From the IMG/VR virus record IMGVR_UViG_3300044846_005229, positions 62,001 through 126,000 of that record: a stretch of DNA of 64,000 nt. One strand, 5' to 3'. Below are positions 37,891 to 48,704 of the stretch, in pieces (position 1 is the first letter of the stretch; every line of letters starts with the position of its first letter). The notes under the pieces are model-generated. The model was not told the origin of the DNA. It searched no databases and saw only the letters and a list, made by a program, of their open reading frames with translations. A program made the translations under genes and the position numbers.

Positions 37891-38526
37891 TCAAACATCG
37901 ATGTCAACGTATTCTAATTCACCTAGGCTAATAATCTCGACGCCGTTGTAAATTTTACGCGAAGATAGATGCCAATGGCCATGGATCCAAAGGTCCGGCT
38001 TATGGATTTCAAGCATATTATCGAAGCAACTGCGAGTTACCGAAGGAATATCATACTTGTGTATTCCTTTTTCATGGCAAATACGGATTATGACCGAATC
38101 CGGGCACTCATGGGTGACGACGATTTTCGGTTTTATCAACTCATAAGCATCCATTATATTGGACAATTCACCATAGGACAATTCCTCATCGTGCCACCAA
38201 TCGTAGTTTTCGGTCCGCCGGTCCCTGTCAATGGAAAAAGCCCCGCCAACACAAAAGATATCGTCGCGGCCAAAGGCAGACCCACCGTCTTTGATCCAGA
38301 AGGGGTGTCTCTTGCAAGCTCCGGGACTATCGTGGTTTCCACGAATGAAGAAGTGCTCCCCCTTGGCCATGTGGTCGTAGGGCGGGTTGCTGTAGGGTTT
38401 GTTGGTACGGGGGTTGATGAATCCGACTCCAAAATCCCCAACTTGCAAGGAACGGTCGCACCCTTTAATGATGTCCTGAAATTTACTCCATTTCGCGTGG
38501 ACATCTCCAATGAATCTAATTTGCAT
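37891..38526 (-). CDS. Calcineurin-like metallophosphoesterase
   Basis: GDVH, GDFG, RGNHD, THECP and HGHWH motifs. Confidence 0.88.
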   Translation of the reverse strand: MQIRFIGDVHAKWSKFQDIIKGCDRSLQVGDFGVGFINPRTNKPYSNPPYDHMAKGEHFFIRGNHDSPGACKRHPFWIKDGGSAFGRDDIFCVGGAFSIDRDRRTENYDWWHDEELSYGELSNIMDAYELIKPKIVVTHECPDSVIIRICHEKGIHKYDIPSVTRSCFDNMLEIHKPDLWIHGHWHLSSRKIYNGVEIISLGELEYVDIDV

Positions 38527-38733
38527 TTTGTTTTTTGGCGACTTTGTTTAATTGCCTCACGATAGACTCAGCTTGTGCGGGGCTGTCTACTTCAAGGAGA
38601 ACAATGGAGATACCCGCAAATAGGGACATGGCAATCTTCGGTCCATGGGCTATGTAGGTTGCTGTGTCAACTTTTAGGGTATTCCGTAGAATGAAGCTAA
38701 TTAGGGGGATTTGTGGAATTACCATTTTCTCCA

Positions 38734-39804
38734 TCACAAAATATTCAAATCGGGATACAAACTCAAAAGCTCCTCCTTCGAAAGAACATCATACTCATCT
38801 TCCGGTTGCCAGATAATCTCAAGGGCGACTAGGTCATCAGGTGTAATAGATCCTAGGGCCACCAGATTTGACTTTAGGCACTCATGTGAGTCAGATGGCC
38901 TTAGGTTAAGATCCCCGTTCGTAACTACCATGACATTCACAAGGATGTATTCGTTGTCTTGGGTTTTTTCGTGAGCCTTTTCCTTACTCTTTGAGAGACG
39001 ACCGTCAACGTTCGTCAAAGTTTCTTCCGACGCTCGGGAACGCTCTTCCATGGAGAACTGGTTAAAGAGATCTTCCGCATTGTCAATGGACTCCCTGTTC
39101 TTATCACTCCAAGCGTAGATTACCTTATCAGGGTGCCGGAGAAGGGCAAGGGTCGTTTCTTGCAGGATCTTGGCAAGACCGTACGAACTGTCGGTATCTC
39201 CTTGTTCGGCCATCCGAATTAGGTCAGATTGAATATCTTTGGCTGAAGCGAGAAGGGCTACCCGTTGACGCACTACTGTGAGTTTCTTGAATTTTTCTTT
39301 TTGGGTGCTTAACCACGGGCTTACAAAATCTTCCCAACCCCCAAGCAAGAGAATGACCGCAATAATTACCACACCCATTGAAGCAAGCAGAGTCAAAAGA
39401 ACCACAGGATTGACAGGTTGTTGGCTAACTGTGGTCACCCGCGAAGGCAAGGAGTATGGGGTAACCGGTGCAACATTTGGGGTCAAGTCAGGCATGACGA
39501 TGATGTTAGTGCTTGAATGACTTGGGGGGTTGTAAGAAGGTCTAGGGGCAGGCAAGGGAGTGTATGTTCTCGGTGCTGAGTAACTATGGCTGGGACTACG
39601 ACGGCTGTAGCTCGGGGTGCTAGGACGACTATAGCTCGGCCTACTATAGCTCGGGGAGCTTGAGCGGCTGCGAAAGCTACTACCGCCGATACGACCGGCA
39701 GATGCAGCAAAAGCGGGTGATGCTGTTAGTAGCATCGCAACCGTGAGCGTCAGAATTACTGTCTTGAGTGATTTGGTATTCATGGGTTTAGTAAAAATTT
39801 TCAT
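38734..39804 (-). CDS. DUF1517 family (FLAP1-like) membrane protein
   Basis: Signal peptide, ASAGRIGGSSFRS, TM segment, LQETTLALLRHP, FNQFSMEERS and ALEIIWQPE...LSKEELL..YPDL. Confidence 0.8.
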   Translation of the reverse strand: MKIFTKPMNTKSLKTVILTLTVAMLLTASPAFAASAGRIGGSSFRSRSSSPSYSRPSYSRPSTPSYSRRSPSHSYSAPRTYTPLPAPRPSYNPPSHSSTNIIVMPDLTPNVAPVTPYSLPSRVTTVSQQPVNPVVLLTLLASMGVVIIAVILLLGGWEDFVSPWLSTQKEKFKKLTVVRQRVALLASAKDIQSDLIRMAEQGDTDSSYGLAKILQETTLALLRHPDKVIYAWSDKNRESIDNAEDLFNQFSMEERSRASEETLTNVDGRLSKSKEKAHEKTQDNEYILVNVMVVTNGDLNLRPSDSHECLKSNLVALGSITPDDLVALEIIWQPEDEYDVLSKEELLSLYPDLNIL

Positions 39805-40108
39805 CTCCGATTAAATTAGCGAGTTCCTGTATAGTCATTTTACGGATGTCTTCGTACATGATCGTATCGGCTTCGGCTCTCTCTACTCCCATTTTATAGC
39901 CGAAGTCGTAACCCTCCTGGTACCCTAATCGATGTTTCGGGCCATCTTCCTTATTATGTTTTCTAATAGTACGGAGAGTATCAATGAGGTATTCCACCGT
40001 AACTGGGCCAGCTCCATTTTCAGCATAGATTTCTTTATTGAAATCCTCAAGCAGTTGTTCGTCGTGTGTCATTGAATTCCTTCTGTAGATTTTAAGTTCA
40101 TAAGCCAA
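39788..40108 (-). CDS. Hypothetical protein
   Basis: ORF downstream of a TTGTTT-17-TATCAT promoter. Confidence 0.5.
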   Translation of the reverse strand: MAYELKIYRRNSMTHDEQLLEDFNKEIYAENGAGPVTVEYLIDTLRTIRKHNKEDGPKHRLGYQEGYDFGYKMGVERAEADTIMYEDIRKMTIQELANLIGDENFY

Positions 40109-40195
40109 TGATAGCAGCTCTGCAACGCAGAAACAAGGGTGGAAGCCGAAGGCTTCCGTTCGGTTAACCGTCCTTGGGTTTAATCAATCACAGCC

Positions 40196-40732
40196 TTAAT
40201 CACTACCACAATCAAAGCCGCCAAAGTCGTGGCCACCGCAATCATGGCCCCCGTAGTCGTGGCTGCTTCCATAGTCATGGCTGCTATGGCTGTGGCCGGA
40301 GTCATGACAACTATGGTCGTGGTTAGAGCCGATATCAGAATGACTAAGGGGGTTAGAGTTAAGATCGTAACCTGCGGCTAATGCTGAGTCCAGGTCATAT
40401 AGGAAGGTGTAGCTATCTTCGTCCCCCGTGTTGGGAATATTTATACGATTGTTTCTCGGTGTTTGTGACTTTTTGGCGGTCTTGGTTCCCCGATTGTTTT
40501 CATGGTGCTTATTGACCAGAATAGCAGTAGCTTCACCATAAGAGTTTTTAATGCGACTAAGGAGTATGGGATCTATAGGACCTTTGAAACCTTGATACAG
40601 GGCTGAGGGTTCAGGTTTCTCGGCAGTATCCTCTTTGCGTTTGACTTTGGGGGCTTTTTGAGTTAAGCTCATGCTTGCGGTTAATGCCGTAGTGATTAGG
40701 AGAATGGCTATGACTGGTAAAAGAAAGGTCAT
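40196..40732 (-). CDS. Membrane-anchored protein with His/Asp/Gly-rich tail
   Basis: N-terminal hydrophobic helix; C-terminal HD(Y/C/F)G repeats. Confidence 0.55.
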   Translation of the reverse strand: MTFLLPVIAILLITTALTASMSLTQKAPKVKRKEDTAEKPEPSALYQGFKGPIDPILLSRIKNSYGEATAILVNKHHENNRGTKTAKKSQTPRNNRINIPNTGDEDSYTFLYDLDSALAAGYDLNSNPLSHSDIGSNHDHSCHDSGHSHSSHDYGSSHDYGGHDCGGHDFGGFDCGSD

Positions 40733-40881
40733 TTGTGGGTTGGTTGTAGAGGGTGATGTGGGCCGGGTATCGCCTGCGGCGCCCGTCCCTGGTCGGGGGC
40801 TACGCCCCCTCCCGAAATTTTAGGGGGCTGTCATTAGATGGCCACCCATGCCAACAACCGATCAACAACATCTTGCAGTTC

Positions 40882-41610
40882 TTAACCATTGGTTAACCCC
40901 TTGGCGTCGTCATACAAAGCAATGCCCCACCTTAGCGCCCAGCAGCACCGTAGGAATGAGAAGGTATACTCCGCGCAGTCGTATTCATAAAAGTCCTGGA
41001 ATGGGTATGATCTGCTGGTAACTCCGCATCGCGGAGTGTGACTACCTTCCACGGCAAACATATAGGCAGCCTGTTGAGCGGCATACTCACTATCATCAGC
41101 ATGACATAAAATTTCCTCTTCGACCCGTTCCCAGGTATCTGCTATTAGTTTTTCTTTTATGGATTCCTCCAAGCTATCGTTATGCCACCGTTGGTACTCG
41201 GCCCAGTTGTCAAAATCGGTTTTGATATTTTCCTTAAAGATTCTGGGACTAAATTTAGAAACGCCCGTCCGCTTATCGACAGATTGGATCTTTTCTGCCC
41301 AGTAGCTGTAGCTGATTTGGTATCTATCGTGGCTACCACGAAAGAACTCAAACATATCTGTCAAGCGACTAAACACATACGTGCCCATATCCCCGGTGTA
41401 ACACAGGCTGCCTGGCCATGTGATGATGTCGAAATACTGGTTGTTAGTGTCAGGGCACTTAAAGCGTAGGTGGCGATGAATGCCTTCGTCTTTGATTATG
41501 ATTAGTTGATGGTTGGCAACTTGCTTCTTAAATAGCTCAAGTTCCACCTTGTGGTCTTCAGGTAGTTGGGGCATTTTGATGGGGGGTATTGTTGGCTGAG
41601 GAGTTGCCAA
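40882..41610 (-). CDS. Conserved phage hypothetical protein
   Basis: FDIITWPGSLCYTGDMGTYVFSR...YWAEK motif, recalled as common in phage proteins. Confidence 0.65.
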   Translation of the reverse strand: MATPQPTIPPIKMPQLPEDHKVELELFKKQVANHQLIIIKDEGIHRHLRFKCPDTNNQYFDIITWPGSLCYTGDMGTYVFSRLTDMFEFFRGSHDRYQISYSYWAEKIQSVDKRTGVSKFSPRIFKENIKTDFDNWAEYQRWHNDSLEESIKEKLIADTWERVEEEILCHADDSEYAAQQAAYMFAVEGSHTPRCGVTSRSYPFQDFYEYDCAEYTFSFLRCCWALRWGIALYDDAKGLTNG

Positions 41611-41651
41611 TGGTGTAGCGTGGTGTAGGATGGTATGGCAATTTACGGGTA

Positions 41652-42377
41652 CTAATCAGGAACCACCAGATCCCAACTCTCAGGATAAAACCGTGGCTCG
41701 TGCCAATCTTTGATTATTCCATCGGGGCCAATGTTCAGAATGATGTAATCCCCATATCCCTCATCCCCATGGCAAAGATAGGGGTCGGGGACGTAATAGT
41801 CCCTACACTTAAATAATCTGCGGGATGCACTACGCAACCAACACTCCCCTTCGTCGCAAACTTTGTAATACACCCGTGCAGTCATCCCTTCAGGCCAATC
41901 CATGACTTTACCATCGCTGAGCCGGATCGTAGGGACCCATAAGTCTCCATTACGGAAAGGCATCAAAGTACCATCAATGTCCCTGTCGCCATTAACATGG
42001 GCATCTTCCCAATACCTGACTTTGGCGGAAACTTCCAGGAATTCGGGCTTTTCGGGTACTTGTTGCTCGGGCACCAGCTGTTCCCTTTTTGTAATCCCCG
42101 CAACTAAAACGTGGGGCCAGATCCTCTCGGGGTTATTATCAATGGCAATGTCCCCATGGTAGGGCAACCGCATCGTTTCCATCTGTGGTTCACCTAGGGG
42201 GATCACCTCAATGGTGTAACCTTCGCCGTCGTTTGTAAATGAGTTGAATTTTGTTGCTTCTCCGGAATATAATGCTTCGGCCAAACAGTCGAGTAATGCA
42301 GTCAGAGACTGGCGGTCACCGACGATATAAGCAGAATCATGCCAAGCGTCTTGGCCGTAAATGTGTAGGGTGTCCAT
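41652..42377 (-). CDS. Hypothetical two-domain phage protein
   Basis: VRYWED...YKVCD.G...YVP...GYGDYI domain. Confidence 0.6.
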   Translation of the reverse strand: MDTLHIYGQDAWHDSAYIVGDRQSLTALLDCLAEALYSGEATKFNSFTNDGEGYTIEVIPLGEPQMETMRLPYHGDIAIDNNPERIWPHVLVAGITKREQLVPEQQVPEKPEFLEVSAKVRYWEDAHVNGDRDIDGTLMPFRNGDLWVPTIRLSDGKVMDWPEGMTARVYYKVCDEGECWLRSASRRLFKCRDYYVPDPYLCHGDEGYGDYIILNIGPDGIIKDWHEPRFYPESWDLVVPD

Positions 42378-42472
42378 GCTTGTGGGGTGTTTATGGTGGG
42401 ATTAGCTGATTAGAATTGACATTATTCCGGTTGCAGTTACCGAAAGTATTATAGGGAAAGATCTAGCCAAAG

Positions 42473-43638
42473 TCAATGGCTTGACCGGCAGTCATCTAGT
42501 TGAATGTCAGGGTCAAGTTCTGTTGCGATATCCATGAGTTTACTTCGTGTGGTATGACGCTGGAGACTTTGTGCTATTTCTGTCAGATTAAATTCACCGG
42601 TAGCGTCATCATAAAAATCATTCGGCCTGGAATGCTCCCATAGGATTTCCTGTTCTGTCAAAACTCGGACAATAAACGCAGCATCCTCACGGCATTCTTC
42701 ACACGGCTTCACGCAAGGACCTGCAGAAGCAGGGTACCGACGTTGACATAGTGCAATTACCAGGTCTTGGGCAGTAGGGGATAGGTCAGCCATTGGAACC
42801 CTCCAACTCGGTGGCTAGGGCAAGGAGTTTGCTCCTAATCTCAAGCGCCTTCCCTAGCACAGGGCTTTCATTACGCTCGTAATACTCTAACATCACAGCA
42901 GGGGGCACCACTTGTTCCGCAGCGGCGCGGATAGCGACGGAAGCGTGATAAGCCATGCGTTGGGCCTCGTTTGGAATGTCGGCGGGGTCAAGTCCGTATT
43001 CACTTATGGTAAGTGCTGCCAGCACTGCCTGCGCGGCAGGAGATAAGTCAGCCATTGGAACCCTCCAACTCGGCGGCAATGGCAAGGAGTTCGCGTCGAG
43101 TTTCGTACCTGGCCGACCACTTTGAGGCACCTATATCACTAGGTAAGCAGTCGTTTGCAACCGAAATGAATAGGTCAATTTCAGGCACCACCTGATCTGC
43201 CAGGGCGCGGATAGCGGCGGCAATTTGAACGTTCCTCGCGGGGGAGACTGGCGCATTCCAAAACTCGTGCAAAACCGCCTGCGCGGCAGGGGAGGGGTTG
43301 TCCGTTGGTTTAGGGGTTGATTCGTTCATTTTCCTTAAAGGTTTAACAAATAGCTCGTGAAGCATAACATCATCATTAATCACTTGGCCTGGTTCGACCC
43401 AGTATTCACCGTTTAAAGACGTAGACTCTTTGCCTTCTGGATGCGGGTCCATCACCAAGTTGATACCACAAGGGAATCCACCAGAGCAGCCATCGAAGAT
43501 GTTTAGCATGGAAAATACGACACCATCGCATCTTTCTCTTGGAGTTTTGTCTTCTAGCTGGGACCAATAAAATGCGATCGACTGGCAATGGGCGAGAAAC
43601 ATCTCTCGCATTTCTTCTTTTGTGTAGGTGCCAGTCAT
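42473..43638 (-). repeat. Tandem paralogous genes of the LSPAAQAVL family (42473-42793, 42786-43055, 43048-43638)
   Basis: Duplicated junction gtcagccattggaaccctccaactcgg at about 42785 and 43047; shared IRA.A.QVVP and LLA.A.ELE. Confidence 0.7.
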
Positions 43639-44399
43639 TTGGAATCGTGCATACTACTTTCAATCAGATCGGCAATTTCATCTTTGGAAAGATGCGGAGG
43701 GCTTAAACGGATCATTTCAACCGCAAGGGCCATTCCTTCGTCCATAGCATATGCCACTTGCTGTTCGATTAATACGGTCACAAGTTGTGTTTGCTCTAGG
43801 GTGAGTTCAGGTACGGATGCCCAATCTATGTCTGGGTCCATGCTTCCTAATAATTGGAACAATTGTGAGGCTCTTTCTGTGTCAGTCATTGCAGGGTTTG
43901 TGGGGATAATGTGGATTATAACTACCCTAGGGGCATATCGTCTGGACCGAATTCGGATAGCGGGCCTTCAGAACCCAGATCCACCAGTAATTCATCATCC
44001 TCTGCTTCCATTTCCTCAGTATAAATCACAGGGTTTCTATCGAAAGTTTCCAGGGCTTTTAGCAGTTCCAAGAGTTGCTCTTTCGTGAAGCTTCCGTCTA
44101 ATGCGAGTGAGTCTGGCCCGTCTGGACAAAACCAGTTATACGAATGATCCGGGCGATCAGCAATTTCATCAAATTTTGTCATTTTGCATAGGGTTCGAAT
44201 TGAGTAGGGTCTACAGAGTAGGAGATGCTATAGGGCCTAGGGTCCAAACTTTGGCCATCCCTAGCAAGGGCCAGCTCTAAAAGTTGGCCCCTAGTGAAAC
44301 AACCATTTAAAATAATAGTTTCACCATTGTTATCTGAGTGAATGTAATTAGCGTTATGCTCAGGGCGAGTTGAAATTTTGTCGAGTTCGGTCACTCTTC

Positions 44400-44782
44400 C
44401 TACCTGTAAAAGTAAAGTTGGGGTTTCGTGGCTTCTTCATACCGAGAGTATCCAATAAATTGACCCGAATAGGCATCAACCCATGGTAAGATCCACTTAA
44501 AGAAGGCTTCGATTTCCTGATAATAATTCTTAATGTCACCCTTTCCTAGAAGAGACCATTGCTTTGAAATTTCGTCGTAGTCTAAAAATTTACAGTGCGT
44601 TCTCGGAGTGTAGTAGCTGCAATCAGAAAAGAGGCTGTGCCAACGATCCGGAAAGCCTTTAGAGCATCGTCCGCATCGCCCTCTTCCAGTTTCCCGCACA
44701 TTGCCTTGAGCACATTAAGGACCTCGTCAGGGGTTTCCTGCTTGAGGTCCACATTCACATAAATTTCTGTGTACATTCCCAT
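44400..44782 (-). pseudogene. Frameshifted phage hypothetical gene (MGMYTE...KNY..EIE.F..WI.P)
   Basis: N-terminal half is in the frame of 44582-44782 and C-terminal half in the frame of 44400-44699; the switch is near 44655. Confidence 0.55.
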
Positions 44783-45127
44783 TTGCTTACTCCTCGTTGT
44801 TTATTTCGTTGTTGGTCAACTGTTTAGATTGCTTCCGGTCGTAGCGTTTGCCGGTCCAGTGAGGACAGGAGTGGCCCCAATCTGGCTTGGTTCGTCCATC
44901 CAGAAACTCGCATAGCCCTGAGGGTAGCTGTCGCCACTTCACCCCGTTCACTTTGACAGGTTTGACAGGGGGGAATCTTTTCCACTTGATGTAGTAGACA
45001 CAGGATCCGCAACTTTTGCTCATTGCCTTAGGGGGTTTAGATGGGAGGGGTGTTGGGTCGGTGGTTCCAACTTCGGATATGACACGGGCGATTATCGGAG
45101 CGGCTCGCTCTCGCCAGGTTAGGTATT

Positions 45128-46297
45128 TCATTGTTGGATGAATTTAAAAATTTCTTTCTTGGAAAGCCTAATGATTTGGTTGTTTAGGATTTCTATTGAA
45201 GGGATGATCGTGGTGTCATCCGCTACTTTAATTCCGGACAAAAAGACAGACCCGGCTCTGATTTTACGTCTGGCATCGCTTGTGCTTTTTACCAGGTTGA
45301 GTGCTTTCAGCAGGTTGGCTAGTGGTATAGGGAATGTAATGCTGTTGAGAAGGGCGGTTGGCACGTTGCTGTCCGTAGGATCTGCCAGGCCAGAAAATAC
45401 GATGGACTCAGCGTTTTGCTTGGCGTCCAAGGCTTTGTCCATTCCGTGAAAGGTCGCCGTAACTTCGATTGCCATTTGCCGTTGCTTTTCACGGGGGTTG
45501 GTAGGGAAATCCTCTGGGTCGCAATCAGTAAGCAAAGTGATGAACTCATTGACAGCACTATCGGGAATTTTCTCCAGTTTGGAAAACATGTGGAGAGGGT
45601 GCTCGTTGATTCCGATGGTGTTCCCAAGGCTCTTTGACATCTTTTGGTGGCCGTCGGTACCCACAAGAATGGGCATTAACATGCCGATTTGTTGCTCTTC
45701 CGAGCCAAGTCCCCTTTGGATAGTTCGCCCGATACTGATGTTGAACTTTTGGTCGATGCCACCTAGTTCTACATTAGATTGGACAACAAAGCTGTCGAAA
45801 CCTTGCAGCAACGGGTACATAAACTCGTGTAGGCTGATTGGTGTTTCGTTTTTTAGACGGTTGGAGAAATCTTGCTTAGCCAGTAGCTGCTGCACAGTCA
45901 TTAGAGACTGGAGCTTGATGATGTCGTTGAGTTGTAGGGGTGCTAAGTGGGCGGAATTAAATATGATTTCGCATTTTTCTATGTCAAGGAATTTTCCCAT
46001 AGTATCCAGAAAGGACTGCCCATTAGCTCTCACCACTTCAAGGTCAAGTTGCGGGCGAGTTGTGTTTTTACCGGTTGGATCCCCAATCCTAGCAGTGAAA
46101 TCTCCAATAATTACAACCGGAGTATGGCCATCTTGCTGGAAGGCACGGAGCTTTCTCAGAAGCACAGAATGCCCCAGGTGCAAAAAATCTGAAGTCGGAT
46201 CGAATCCAAGCTTGATGCGTTTTGGTTGTGATAGGAATTGGTTTAGCTCGGTGGCAGGTAGTACATCAACGATGCTGCTTTGAATGGGTCTCATCAT
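45128..46297 (-). CDS. tyrS: Tyrosyl-tRNA synthetase
   Basis: LGFDPT..LHLGH (HIGH), IGDFTARIGDPTGK, EFMYPLLQGFDS, ELGG.DQKFN, KMSKS and a C-terminal S4-like domain. Confidence 0.93.
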   Translation of the reverse strand: MMRPIQSSIVDVLPATELNQFLSQPKRIKLGFDPTSDFLHLGHSVLLRKLRAFQQDGHTPVVIIGDFTARIGDPTGKNTTRPQLDLEVVRANGQSFLDTMGKFLDIEKCEIIFNSAHLAPLQLNDIIKLQSLMTVQQLLAKQDFSNRLKNETPISLHEFMYPLLQGFDSFVVQSNVELGGIDQKFNISIGRTIQRGLGSEEQQIGMLMPILVGTDGHQKMSKSLGNTIGINEHPLHMFSKLEKIPDSAVNEFITLLTDCDPEDFPTNPREKQRQMAIEVTATFHGMDKALDAKQNAESIVFSGLADPTDSNVPTALLNSITFPIPLANLLKALNLVKSTSDARRKIRAGSVFLSGIKVADDTTIIPSIEILNNQIIRLSKKEIFKFIQQ

Positions 46298-46364
46298 GTA
46301 CCTATTATAGGTTTACTCAGGCGGCAAGTAAAGGGCGGATAACCGAAGGCCGATGGGAGGGAAT

Positions 46365-46973
46365 CTAAGGGGATTCTGGGTCAACAATGGCCCAATGCGG
46401 CAACCAGTGAGTGTATTTATAGATTCCGTCTGAAAGATTGTAATTCTTAATGTCGGTGTCATGCTGTAATTTCTCCCAAAGTCCTTCGACGCCTGTACCA
46501 TCAGTTCTCCACCACCAACATAGCCCATCTTCATCTGCATCAGTAAAGTCTGGAAGGCGGTCAAGTACAGATACCGGGTCTACTCGAACGTCCGCCATGA
46601 TAGCTGCCTTGATTGTCTCAATGTCCTGGCACTGTTCGCGGATGTCATTTGCACCGGATGTGATTGCGTGCAGGGCAGTCAAGGCTTGTTGGCGTGTTGG
46701 TGACGGTGTCTCCTTTTCTTGTAGGGAATTCAAAGTTTCACGGGTCTCTCCCCGGATATTTCGTATTCTCCCCATACTGGCTTCAATTCTAAGGTCAGCT
46801 TCTCTGAGTTTCTTTTCTAGCTCGGGCAACTCTGAGGCGTCTGGATCCAAAATAGTTGTTGGGTGCAAGGAGCGTAGTTTTTTGATGATTTGTAATTGTC
46901 GGCAATATAATCCGTACACCGTAACCATGGTAACCAGTATGCCAATCGTTAGAAAGACATCATAGGTAGTCAT
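46365..46973 (-). CDS. Hypothetical membrane-anchored protein
   Basis: N-terminal TM; C-terminal DADEDGLCWWW...THWLPHWAI. Confidence 0.55.
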   Translation of the reverse strand: MTTYDVFLTIGILVTMVTVYGLYCRQLQIIKKLRSLHPTTILDPDASELPELEKKLREADLRIEASMGRIRNIRGETRETLNSLQEKETPSPTRQQALTALHAITSGANDIREQCQDIETIKAAIMADVRVDPVSVLDRLPDFTDADEDGLCWWWRTDGTGVEGLWEKLQHDTDIKNYNLSDGIYKYTHWLPHWAIVDPESP

Positions 46974-47377
46974 TGCAATTCCGGTGAGTTTAAGTTGGCA
47001 GTTAAAGCCTTGCGAATCGTATCTGTGATTTCTGGCAAGTACCTGCCGTCTTTTTCGATAGTGCTTAGCATCTCTAAAGCTATACTATTCAGGGTTTGTG
47101 GTTCTGGTCGTCGCGCTTTCCGTAGGTCGTTGGTGTCCCACGAGCCCCTCATCACACCGTTGTTCATGAAATCTATCCAATCACAACAGGCTTCCAACTC
47201 CCACTCTGCTGATCTAACGGCGACATGTTGAATGATGTTATCTAGTTCGAATATGAAGGGGCTATCGAAAAATATTGCGGTGCCAAGCGGAGAAATTTCC
47301 CTAATCCAATACTCTATAAGCTGATTAGATGGGGTTTGGGTTGATGGAGATAGGTTGTCACTAGTCATTGTGCTCAT
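46970..47377 (-). CDS. ELEACC-family hypothetical protein
   Basis: WELEACCDW...LRKARRP shared with 50545-51620. Confidence 0.55.
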   Translation of the reverse strand: MSTMTSDNLSPSTQTPSNQLIEYWIREISPLGTAIFFDSPFIFELDNIIQHVAVRSAEWELEACCDWIDFMNNGVMRGSWDTNDLRKARRPEPQTLNSIALEMLSTIEKDGRYLPEITDTIRKALTANLNSPELQ

Positions 47378-47474
47378 CGTAAAAGTGCCAGGATGTAATT
47401 AAACAGGAATCCAAAAAATGAGGCGTACCCTAATCAGGGATGATTGGTAAGGTTCCGTAGATAGCGCTTTAATG

Positions 47475-47960
47475 TCATGGGTGGTTTTCTAATTCGGTGG
47501 CAATTGCAAGGATCGATTCTCGGATTGGATTTCTCTTCTCGTACCAGCAACCTTGGATTTCTTCGATCTCAAAAGGAACTACTTCGTCAGCAACGACCCT
47601 GAGAAACGCAGCGAGGGCATTGCCGTAGTCATCAAAGACGCCAACCTTTTCAGCTACATCATTAAAGGCGTCCCATGCGGCTTGGGTTGTTGGTGAGAGG
47701 TTGGGCATTGGTTTAGGGTCGGTAGGCACGGGTTCCAAGTATCGTTTCCATCCTTGTTCATAAGTGTCACGGGCATCCGCTTCAGCAATTTTGCGCGAGG
47801 GGTATGGCCCCATGTAGTGGTCCATGTAGTCTCGCCAGAACCATTCGTAGTTGTCGTATTGATAGATTTCGATCCGACTTAATGTTCTACCCCCGGGAAA
47901 GGGGTTTACCAGTTCTAAGTAATAGTTGCCGTTGTGGATGTCGCGTTGTGACTGAGTCAT
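47475..47960 (-). CDS. Hypothetical protein with C-terminal LSPAAQ-family domain
   Basis: NLSPTTQA...ADEVVP...ILAIATELE. Confidence 0.55.
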   Translation of the reverse strand: MTQSQRDIHNGNYYLELVNPFPGGRTLSRIEIYQYDNYEWFWRDYMDHYMGPYPSRKIAEADARDTYEQGWKRYLEPVPTDPKPMPNLSPTTQAAWDAFNDVAEKVGVFDDYGNALAAFLRVVADEVVPFEIEEIQGCWYEKRNPIRESILAIATELENHP

Positions 47961-48704
47961 TTATTCCCCGGGGGTTGTGTCTTCAATTGGGAGATAAGAG
48001 CAAATAGCCTTTGATCCCTTTCTTTTCATGTCAACAAGTCTCATTCCCTCAATCTGCAACCCTACCAGAGCGGCGGCGGCACCTTTGTATGGGTCAATGT
48101 CAAATGTTAGCTTCGTGGGTTTGGTCATGGTTTAGGGTGGTTAAGCAACCAAGTATAGCACTCCCTCTTTGCGAAAGAAAGGACGGCTAACCGACCCTTA
48201 TCAAGCTACGGATAGCGTCTGCATTTTCCAGGAACCACTCCACTGCTTCCCAGTTATTTGCATACCAGTCATCTAGGGGCTCTAAGTAACCACCCCCAAA
48301 AGTCCACTCATCATAGGGGCGGCGAGGTGATACATGGGGCATGGGGCTAAGTTTCGGTTTTTGCGATTCCATCTAATACGTTGGCAATGTCGCAAAGTTG
48401 ATCTTTGCAGGAAAGTAGCATTCCGCCTTGAGAGTTTATTTCTGGGTCTATAACAAGTTGATCAGCGGCGGCGCGAATGGACGCGGCAATTTGTCGGCGA
48501 CGTGTTGTTTCGGTATCGCCGAGAGTTATAGGCAAATTCCACGCAGCATCGAATACGGTCTGAGCGGTGGAGGATAGGGGCGCTGGTTGGTCTTTTTCGG
48601 TGTTATCTAAGGGGAGTTCCTTTGTGTATTCGTAGCTGCCTGAGGCTTCGAAAAGGGGCGCTCTCCATAATTGCAAAGCGGCAAGGAGGCGGCGGTGACT
48701 TGAG

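Noticed and set aside
44640-44670. Programmed frameshift in the MGMYTE gene
   Set aside because: No canonical slippery heptamer; a 1-nt deletion or sequencing error is more likely
34538-46283. Long plus-strand ORFs (34538-35449, 37969-38565, 45498-46283)
   Set aside because: They are antisense shadows of GyrA, the phosphoesterase and TyrS, with no recognisable motifs
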